From positions 1 to 36,805 of the forward strand of contig DATCFH010000206.1 of the NCBI GenBank assembly GCA_036509625.1: 36,805 nt of DNA. Reading direction: 5' to 3'. Both the position numbers and the translations under genes were made by a program. Of the stretch, positions 8,166-15,138 are shown piece after piece. How positions within the stretch are numbered: position 1 is the stretch's first letter; each line of letters opens with the position of its first letter. This stretch comes from Verrucomicrobiia bacterium. GTDB taxonomy: Bacteria; Verrucomicrobiota; Verrucomicrobiia; Limisphaerales; UBA11358. The notes beneath the pieces were generated by a model. The model was not told where the DNA came from. It did no database searches and saw nothing but the letters and a program-made list of their open reading frames with translations.

Positions 8166-9890
8166 ATGCCCGCCGCCCCGACCATTCTCGAACGCCCGCA
8201 ACGCTGGGACGCCGCGTTCGACGCGAACATGACCGACGCGGATGTGGAGCGGTTGCTGGCCACCGCGCCGTTCAGCGGGATGGATGCGGAGAAATTTCCC
8301 AAACGCACGCCGCTTCGCGAAATCATCCGCAACGACATGCGCATCCTGAAGTTTCGCAAGGGCGAAATCATCATGCGCCAGGGCGATTACGGCACGTCGG
8401 CGTTTTTGATTTTGCAAGGCGCAGCGCGCGTGGTGTTAAAACCTGATCTCGCACCGTCGCTGCTGGGACGTCAGGCCACGAATAAAAAAGGCGTCTTCCG
8501 CACGCTCGCGCAACTTTGGAATCGTTCGCGTCCGCCGGAAATGTTGCCGCGCACCCTGCTCGGACAAAGTTCCGGCGTCAGCGCACGGCAAAACGAAAAA
8601 GAGACGCGCGTTTTTTTGCAGGACGTGCCGCGCATTTTGGACCAGCACCGCACGGCGCAGATGACCGCCGGCGAATTTTTCGGCGAGATTGCCGCGTTGA
8701 GCCGCATGGCGCGCACGTCCACAATTTTTGCCGACAGCGACGACGCAGAACTTTTGGAAATCCGCTGGCAGGGTCTGCGCGACCTGATGAAATACGACGA
8801 CGCGCTGCGCGCGCACATCAACAGGATTTACCGCGAACGCGCGCTGGCTTCGTATCTTCGCGCCACGCCGCTCTTCAAAAATCTGTCAGAAGAACAGCTT
8901 GGTCGCGTGGCCGAGGCCGTGGAATTTTCGACTTACGGCGACTACGACTGGTCGGGCGAATACAAACGCCTCGCGCAATCCGGCAGCGTGCGCCCGGAGA
9001 AAGAGCCTGTCATTGTTGGCGAAGGTGATTATCCAAACGGCATCGTGCTGTTGCGCGCCGGCTTCGCGCGCGTGAGCCAGAAATTCGGCGGCGGCGAACG
9101 CACGTTGAATTACATCGGCGCGGGACAGATTTTCGGCCTCAACGAAATCGCCCACAACTGGCGCAATAAAGATGCGGCGGTGAATTTTCAATTCTCGCTG
9201 CGCGCCATCGGCTACACGCATTTGCTCGTCGTGCCAACGCGCGTGATGGAAGAAATTGTTTTGCCGTCGCTGCCGAAAAACGAACTGCCGCCGCTCGTCG
9301 CGAAGCATGAAGACGAGTTTGATTCCGCACCACCCGAAGTTGCCACGCGCGAAAAAGTCGGCGCAGAGATTTTGGAATTTCTCACCGAGAACCGTTTTTT
9401 TAACGGCACGGCTTCGATGGTGATTGACCTCGACCGTTGCACGCGCTGCGACGATTGCGTGCGCGCCTGCGCCTCGACGCACGACAATAATCCGCGCTTT
9501 CTGCGCCACGGGCCGAGCGCCGGGCGGCTCATGATTGCCAATGCCTGTATGCACTGCGCCGATCCGGTTTGCATGATCGGCTGTCCGACTGGCGCGATTC
9601 ACCGCGAGTCTTTTGCCGGACAGGTTGTTATCAATCCCACGACGTGCATCGGCTGCAAATCCTGTTTCACGAACTGTCCTTACGACGCCATCCGCATGGT
9701 CGAGGCGCGCGACGAACGCGGTGAATTTCTCATGGATCAGGAAATGAAACCCATCACGAAGGCGACCAAATGTGACCTCTGCGTGGAAAACCACGGCGGC
9801 CCCGCCTGCGAACGCGCGTGCCCGCACGGCGCGCTCACGCGGATGAATTTGAACAATCTGGATTCGCTTTCGAAGTGGTTAAAGTTATGA
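8166..9890 (+). CDS. Tandem cyclic-nucleotide-binding domains fused to a DmsB/NrfC-type ferredoxin module with four [4Fe-4S] motifs
   Basis: There are two cNMP-binding-like domains. The first carries GEFFGEIAALSRMARTSTIFA and the second carries GQIFGLNEIA. The four Cys clusters are CTRCDDCVRAC, CMHCADPVCMIGCP, CIGCKSCFTNCP and CDLCVENHGGPACERACP. Confidence 0.85.
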   Translation: MPAAPTILERPQRWDAAFDANMTDADVERLLATAPFSGMDAEKFPKRTPLREIIRNDMRILKFRKGEIIMRQGDYGTSAFLILQGAARVVLKPDLAPSLLGRQATNKKGVFRTLAQLWNRSRPPEMLPRTLLGQSSGVSARQNEKETRVFLQDVPRILDQHRTAQMTAGEFFGEIAALSRMARTSTIFADSDDAELLEIRWQGLRDLMKYDDALRAHINRIYRERALASYLRATPLFKNLSEEQLGRVAEAVEFSTYGDYDWSGEYKRLAQSGSVRPEKEPVIVGEGDYPNGIVLLRAGFARVSQKFGGGERTLNYIGAGQIFGLNEIAHNWRNKDAAVNFQFSLRAIGYTHLLVVPTRVMEEIVLPSLPKNELPPLVAKHEDEFDSAPPEVATREKVGAEILEFLTENRFFNGTASMVIDLDRCTRCDDCVRACASTHDNNPRFLRHGPSAGRLMIANACMHCADPVCMIGCPTGAIHRESFAGQVVINPTTCIGCKSCFTNCPYDAIRMVEARDERGEFLMDQEMKPITKATKCDLCVENHGGPACERACPHGALTRMNLNNLDSLSKWLKL

Positions 9891-10702
9891 AACGCTTTCG
9901 CCGACAACTTGCTTTTGGTTTGTTCGCGCTGATTGCCGCAACGGTGGGCGCGTTGTGGTTGAATGGAAAATCCAACACGCTGCCGAACTACGCCTATCTC
10001 ACCGGCTGGGCGCTGCTCGCGGGGATGTTCGTGTTGACAATCTACAACGTGCGGAAAAAACTGCCGTTCCTGCCGCTCGGCAAATCCGAGACGTGGTTGC
10101 AAATCCACATCTATCTCGGCTTTTTCACGACGCTGCTGTTTCTCATCCACCTGAATTTCCGCGCGCCGCACGGCTGGTTTGAGGTCGTGCTGGCTTGGCT
10201 ATTCGTGCTGGTCAGCGGCAGTGGCATGGTCGGATTATTTTTCAGCCGCGTGCTGCCACGTCGGCTGGCGACGCGCGGCGGCGAGGTCATTTTTGAAAAA
10301 ATTCCCGCTTTACGCCACGCGTTAAAAACCGAGGTGGAAAAACTTTCGCTCGGCGCGGATGCAAAATCTTTGGTCATCGCGGAATTTTACACGAAGCGGC
10401 TAGCGCCGTTTTTCTCCGGCCCAAAAAATTTCTGGAACCATCTGGCTGAATCGCGTCGCGAAGTCAGCGCGCTGCTCGCGGAACTCGAAGACCTGCGCCG
10501 TTTCGCCAACGACATGGAAAAAGAAAAAATCGAACGACTTGGCGCGCTCGTCCGCCAAAAAGACGGGCTGGATTATCACCGCGCGTTGCAACTCGCGTTG
10601 CGATTGTGGTTGTTTGTCCACATTCCGCTGACTTACGGGCTGTTAATTTTCACCGCGCTGCACATCATTTTGGTCTTCGGATTTTCGGGAGGTGCGCGAT
10701 GA
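9887..10702 (+). CDS. Integral membrane protein with two H-x13-H helices; putative di-heme cytochrome b-type subunit
   Basis: The ATG at 9887 forms an ATGA overlap with the upstream stop. I predict about 5 TM helices. Helix 3 (IHIYLGFFTTLLFLIHL) and the last helix (VHIPLTYGLLIFTALHI) each carry two His residues 14 positions apart. A helical loop of about 100 aa separates TM4 from TM5. Confidence 0.65.
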   Translation: MKRFRRQLAFGLFALIAATVGALWLNGKSNTLPNYAYLTGWALLAGMFVLTIYNVRKKLPFLPLGKSETWLQIHIYLGFFTTLLFLIHLNFRAPHGWFEVVLAWLFVLVSGSGMVGLFFSRVLPRRLATRGGEVIFEKIPALRHALKTEVEKLSLGADAKSLVIAEFYTKRLAPFFSGPKNFWNHLAESRREVSALLAELEDLRRFANDMEKEKIERLGALVRQKDGLDYHRALQLALRLWLFVHIPLTYGLLIFTALHIILVFGFSGGAR

Positions 10703-12270
10703 GCGAGCAACTGCCAGCACCGGATTTCGACGCCCAAAATTATGCGCGGCCAAATCAAAACTGGATTTGCGGTCATGCGTGCGAAGGCAATGCGTGTCGG
10801 CCCGGTCCGGATCAAAAAGGAAATTGCTGCGCGACGGCGGAATGCAAACCAGTTCTCAAAATCAAACCAGGTGAAACGAAAGGCCGCTGGGTTTGCACGC
10901 GCACTGGCGGAGAATGTGAATCTGGTCCGTTGCCGGACGGAAGCTGCTGCAATCCTATTCCAAAATGTTCGCCCGTGCCGACGCTACGCGTGTGGCGCGG
11001 GCGCGTAACGCTCGCGGTCATCGCCGCAGCGTGCGCGGTGTTGCTGGTCGTGCTCGGCAATCCGCCGTGGCGGAATAATTTCATCAGCCCCGGAATAGTT
11101 TCTAGTCCGCATTCCGGCGCGGCGTTCGCGGCACTGGCGTTGACGAATCGTCTGAATCAAAGTTGTGGTGCGTGCCACGTTGCGGGAAATTCCGGGCCGA
11201 ATGAAATGGTGAGTGTTGCGTTGCACGCGGAGCCGGGAATTTTGGATTTGAAAAAACTCGTGTTCGCCAAAGCGGCCGGGCCGACGGCGATTGACGAGGC
11301 GTGTTTGAAATGTCACGCGGGCAAAAATGTTCATCAGCCGGATGCGCCGCAAATTTCCTGCTCGTTCTGCCATGTAGAGCATCAGGGAATAAAAATCGCG
11401 GCGACGATGGATGCTAACTGCAATTTTTGCCACGGCAATGCGGCGAAAATGCCGGCGGCCATTGGCGGAAAACCGTTTGCGCTCGTCCACCATTTTGCGG
11501 ACGACCATCCGCAGTTTCGTTTTCTCACGGAAAAATTACGCGACCCGGATACTTTGAAATTCAATCACGCGCTGCATCTGACGGGCACGACGATTCCGAA
11601 TTTGCCGGGTGGCTCAAAGTTGGATTGTGTGTTTTGTCATTCGCCGGATGCGGCGGGCGCGTTTATGAAGCCGGTGGCGTTTGAGAAAAATTGCCGCGTG
11701 TGTCACTCGCTGCAATTTGATCCGGCGACGCCGGAACTGCAATTGCCGCACGGCAGCGCGGAATTTGTGTCGGCGTATCTGCGGAGTCTGCCAAAGCAGT
11801 ATTTGGATTTGGCGGCGAAGCAAAATGTCGCGGACGGAAATAATTTTGTTCAGCAGAAGCTGGCGGATTTGCGGACGCAATTTGGCAGCGGTGAGGATTT
11901 GGAAAAACGCATTTTCTTCAGCACGGCGACGACTGCGCCGGAAATAAATGTGGGGAATGTGAGCGGCGTAACGCGCGCGATTTTTCCCGGCTGCGCGTAT
12001 TGTCACGAAGTAAAATCAATTGGCGGCTTGCCGGAAATCACGAAGCCAATTCAAACGGAACACTGGCTGGTGCAGGCGAAATTTAATCACGCGGCGCACG
12101 CGAACATTGCCTGCACGCAGTGCCATGACGCGGTTCACAGCAAGGATACGGCGGATATTTTGTTGCCGCCGAAGGAAACGTGCGTGACGTGTCACAGTCC
12201 GCGCGGCGGCGTGGCGGACACTTGCGCGGAGTGTCATACTTACCATAAGCTGCCGGTCGCGGCGCAGTGA
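10699..12270 (+). CDS. Membrane-anchored decaheme c-type cytochrome with a Cys-rich N-terminal domain
   Basis: The ATG at 10699 forms an ATGA overlap with the upstream stop. The ten CxxCH motifs are CGACH, CLKCH, CSFCH, CNFCH, CVFCH, CRVCH, CAYCH, CTQCH, CVTCH and CAECH. One TM helix (VTLAVIAAACAVLLVVL) is preceded by RVWRGR. The roughly 95-aa N-terminal region has 11 Cys. Confidence 0.85.
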   Translation: MSEQLPAPDFDAQNYARPNQNWICGHACEGNACRPGPDQKGNCCATAECKPVLKIKPGETKGRWVCTRTGGECESGPLPDGSCCNPIPKCSPVPTLRVWRGRVTLAVIAAACAVLLVVLGNPPWRNNFISPGIVSSPHSGAAFAALALTNRLNQSCGACHVAGNSGPNEMVSVALHAEPGILDLKKLVFAKAAGPTAIDEACLKCHAGKNVHQPDAPQISCSFCHVEHQGIKIAATMDANCNFCHGNAAKMPAAIGGKPFALVHHFADDHPQFRFLTEKLRDPDTLKFNHALHLTGTTIPNLPGGSKLDCVFCHSPDAAGAFMKPVAFEKNCRVCHSLQFDPATPELQLPHGSAEFVSAYLRSLPKQYLDLAAKQNVADGNNFVQQKLADLRTQFGSGEDLEKRIFFSTATTAPEINVGNVSGVTRAIFPGCAYCHEVKSIGGLPEITKPIQTEHWLVQAKFNHAAHANIACTQCHDAVHSKDTADILLPPKETCVTCHSPRGGVADTCAECHTYHKLPVAAQ

Positions 12271-12279
12271 TTATTTATT

Positions 12280-13308
12280 TCAGAAACGGACGGTGAGATT
12301 CAATCCACCACCGGCGTTGAGCGTATCGCTGTTCTGCACATAGAAACCGTCGGTCTTCAAAATGTCGTAGCTGACGTAGCCGCGCAGGGTGACGTAGTCG
12401 TTGAGTGGAATATAAAGCGCGAGGCCGAAGGAGTTCAAATAATCATCGCGCCAAGTGGTGGTGAAATGAGTTTGTTGAAAACGGTAGGACGGCTGCAAAA
12501 TCACATGACTGCACAAACGCCAACTGCCGGCGACGACGAGGCTGTTATCCATGCGGTTGTTAAAATTGCTGCCGTTCAGCGGCGGATTGTTCGCGGTGTC
12601 GGTCAGGCGAGCATCGCCTTCGTATCCAATGGAAATGGCGGTTTTATCACTCGTAAAGAGATCGCGGCGGATCGCCCAGTTCGGGACGTATTCGTTATAA
12701 AATTGGTCGGTGTTTTGATCGTCGTTGAGCTGGCGATAAAAACCGCCAGCGGTGAAAGTCCAATTTTGTTTGCTCCATGACACGTCGCTGAAAATGGTCA
12801 TGGCGTTGAAATCAAATTGGTCGAGATTGGCGCGGCTGAAGGTATGGGTGTTGAGATTGTAAGCATCCACCGTTTGCGGACCGCTCAAACCGTAGTTGAA
12901 CCATTGCTGCTGGAAGCCGAGGCGAGGCGCGAGTTTTCCGTCGGCAAAATCATACGCGGTCGGCGCGAGCGCAGCTTGCACGGTGCTGACGAGAACATCA
13001 GCGCCTTGTTTCTTCTGATTCGCGAGGAACATATTATCCGTATAAAAATACTGCGCGTCGGCAAACGCCTCGATGTAGGTGCGGCGCGTTTTGGTTTGAA
13101 GGACGGATTGCGGGCCGACATCGCTGGATTCACCGGCGTAAAGTTCCGGCACGGCGTTCGTGGCAATCATCATTTGCGCGGCCTGATCAAGCTGGTGGCG
13201 TTGCTGGACGGAATCCACCTGCTGACTGGCGTTCGGCATTTGCGCGAAGGCGGTCACGCTCGCGACCAACCCAATTGCGCCCGTGAGAAAATATTTTTTT
13301 AGGCTCAT
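12280..13308 (-). CDS. Outer-membrane beta-barrel protein (porin-like)
   Basis: Signal peptide MSLKKYFLTGAIGLVASVTAFAQ, starting at the ATG at 13308. Alternating amphipathic strands rich in Tyr, Gly, Asn and Asp, with the terminal sequence GGGLNLTVRF ending in Phe. Confidence 0.65.
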   Translation of the reverse strand: MSLKKYFLTGAIGLVASVTAFAQMPNASQQVDSVQQRHQLDQAAQMMIATNAVPELYAGESSDVGPQSVLQTKTRRTYIEAFADAQYFYTDNMFLANQKKQGADVLVSTVQAALAPTAYDFADGKLAPRLGFQQQWFNYGLSGPQTVDAYNLNTHTFSRANLDQFDFNAMTIFSDVSWSKQNWTFTAGGFYRQLNDDQNTDQFYNEYVPNWAIRRDLFTSDKTAISIGYEGDARLTDTANNPPLNGSNFNNRMDNSLVVAGSWRLCSHVILQPSYRFQQTHFTTTWRDDYLNSFGLALYIPLNDYVTLRGYVSYDILKTDGFYVQNSDTLNAGGGLNLTVRF

Positions 13309-13318
13309 AAAATAAAAA

Positions 13319-14194
13319 TTATCCACGGAATCCAATCGTGGTGGTGGGGCGGCCGCCGGGTCCGACGTTGCTAGGCGGTGGACCTGATTTGCTTTGATTC
13401 AGCGAATTGAACTGCCGGTTATTCAACGGCGGGTGCGCCGCCGTGTCGTAGGTGGCGGGGTCGAGCACGTTCTGGCCATTGCCGGGCGGCGATGGCGGCA
13501 GGAAAAATTCCGGCGGCTGGCCGGTATCGGACGACGCGCCGGATTTAATCTGGAAATCCTGATCTTGAATCGCCAGCAGAATCAGCGGCAACGAAGACAG
13601 GTCATGCGAAAAGCCTTTGACCAATTGCGAGCCGGCGACGAGCTTGTCCAAGTTGATGCTGAAAACCTTGCTGAATTCCGTTCCGCCCGGCAGCACGAAA
13701 ACTTCCTGGCCGGCTTTGAGCGTTACGGAATTTCCATTTGGCAAAGTAACTTTGCCTTTACCTTCCAGCAAAATTACTTTGAACCCGCCGCCGGTCGTGG
13801 CTGACATAATCAACGTCGTGCCGAGCACCGCCGCCGCCGCGCCGCCGGATTTGATTGTGCCGCCGCCGAGACCTTTCGGCGCGTGAAAGAGCACGTTGCC
13901 CTGTTCCAAATTCAAAGTGCGTCCGCTGTCCGCATAGGAAAAAACCGTGTTCGCGCCGACGCGTGTAATTGTCTTATCCGGCGCGGTGAGTTCCGCGCGC
14001 GACTGCGGGCCGGTGCGGACGCGCTGCGGCGCTTTCAAAATATCGCCCGACTTGGCCGTCGTGGCATCGCCAGTGGCAGACACCGTGTTCACGTCATTGA
14101 TGATTTCCGTGAACGTGCTTTCCGTCAACGGCGCGGCGTAAAGCGGCAACGCCAGTCCGGCGAGCGCGAACAGTAGCAAATATTTCGTCTTCAT
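13319..14194 (-). CDS. Secreted FecR-domain protein (paralog 2) with a Pro-rich C-terminal tail
   Basis: Signal peptide MKTKYLLLFALAGLALPLYA, with the ATG at 14194. The FecR-like core is RVRTGPQSRAELTAPDKTITRVGANTVF...LEQGNVLFH...GGAAAAVLGTT...VTLKAGQEVFV. By eye it is roughly half identical to the upstream paralog. Confidence 0.8.
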   Translation of the reverse strand: MKTKYLLLFALAGLALPLYAAPLTESTFTEIINDVNTVSATGDATTAKSGDILKAPQRVRTGPQSRAELTAPDKTITRVGANTVFSYADSGRTLNLEQGNVLFHAPKGLGGGTIKSGGAAAAVLGTTLIMSATTGGGFKVILLEGKGKVTLPNGNSVTLKAGQEVFVLPGGTEFSKVFSINLDKLVAGSQLVKGFSHDLSSLPLILLAIQDQDFQIKSGASSDTGQPPEFFLPPSPPGNGQNVLDPATYDTAAHPPLNNRQFNSLNQSKSGPPPSNVGPGGRPTTTIGFRG

Positions 14195-14229
14195 ATTATT
14201 GAAATTTCTAGGGGAAATGTTTGGGCTTG

Positions 14230-15072
14230 TCAATTGCCGACGTCGCTGTGAAAACCACCATACCAAGGCTGATTGGGAAAAGTTTGCGTCGGGGAAACAT
14301 AAACCTGCGTGCGGTCGGGCGCATTCACCATCCACGGCGGAAGCCGTCGGACAGGCATGATGTCCAGCCCCAGACTGGCCGTCAGAAACGACACGAGGTT
14401 CGGCAACGTGCCAGCGAGAATCTGGTCGTTTTGCAATTGGATTGCGGTGGTGATGAACGGCAGCGACGACAACGGATTTGAAAAGCCCGTGACCAACAAC
14501 AGGCGGGAAACAAGTTGCTCCAGATTAAAAACCATTATGGCGCTGAACTCATTTCCATCCGGCGACACAATCACCATCTGCCCGGCCTCCAGCAAAATGT
14601 GCGTATTATTTTTCAACGTCACCTGCACATGCCCTTCGAGATCGAGAATTTTGAAACGGCCGTCCGGCAGCACCGCGCAAACCATCGTCGTTCCCAGCAC
14701 CGCCGCCGCCGTGCCGCGATACCGAACCGTTCCGCCGCCAACGCCAGCCGGCGGATGAAACAACACGCTGCCCTTTTCCAATAGAATATTTCTTCCGCCC
14801 GGCTCAAAAGTAAAAACCGTGTTCGCGCCGACGCGCGTAATGGTTTGATCCGGCGCGGTCATTTCCACGCGCGACGCCGGGCCGGTGCGAACCAAATCCG
14901 GCACTTTGAAAACCGTGTTCGTCACGGCGGGCGTCACGGATTTATTGGCGGCGGCGAGCACATCTGCCGTGCGGATAATTTCCGTGAAAGTGCTTTCTGT
15001 CAGCGGGGTCACTGCCAGCGCCGATACGCGGGTGCAAACGGCCAAGCCGGCCAGAAGAGAAAAAGTTTTCAT
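14230..15072 (-). CDS. Secreted FecR-domain protein (paralog 1)
   Basis: Signal peptide MKTFSLLAGLAVCTRVSALA. The FecR-like core is LVRTGPASRVEMTAPDQTITRVGANTVF...LEKGSVLFH...GTAAAVLGTT...ILLEAGQMVIV. Confidence 0.8.
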   Translation of the reverse strand: MKTFSLLAGLAVCTRVSALAVTPLTESTFTEIIRTADVLAAANKSVTPAVTNTVFKVPDLVRTGPASRVEMTAPDQTITRVGANTVFTFEPGGRNILLEKGSVLFHPPAGVGGGTVRYRGTAAAVLGTTMVCAVLPDGRFKILDLEGHVQVTLKNNTHILLEAGQMVIVSPDGNEFSAIMVFNLEQLVSRLLLVTGFSNPLSSLPFITTAIQLQNDQILAGTLPNLVSFLTASLGLDIMPVRRLPPWMVNAPDRTQVYVSPTQTFPNQPWYGGFHSDVGN

Positions 15073-15138
15073 GTTTGCACCGCCGTGGGATTACAAGACT
15101 AACTTAACACCTGTATTAAATTGTCAAGGTTGCGCCCG

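Noticed and set aside
8886-9827. 313-aa minus-strand ORF opposite the cNMP/4Fe-4S gene
   Set aside because: It is an antisense shadow ORF, Arg/Ala-rich and without motifs.
9818-9886. Upstream extensions of ORFs 9818..10702 and 10606..12270
   Set aside because: Internal ATGs at 9887 and 10699 form ATGA overlaps with the preceding stops and give sensible N-termini. The extensions overlap the upstream genes.
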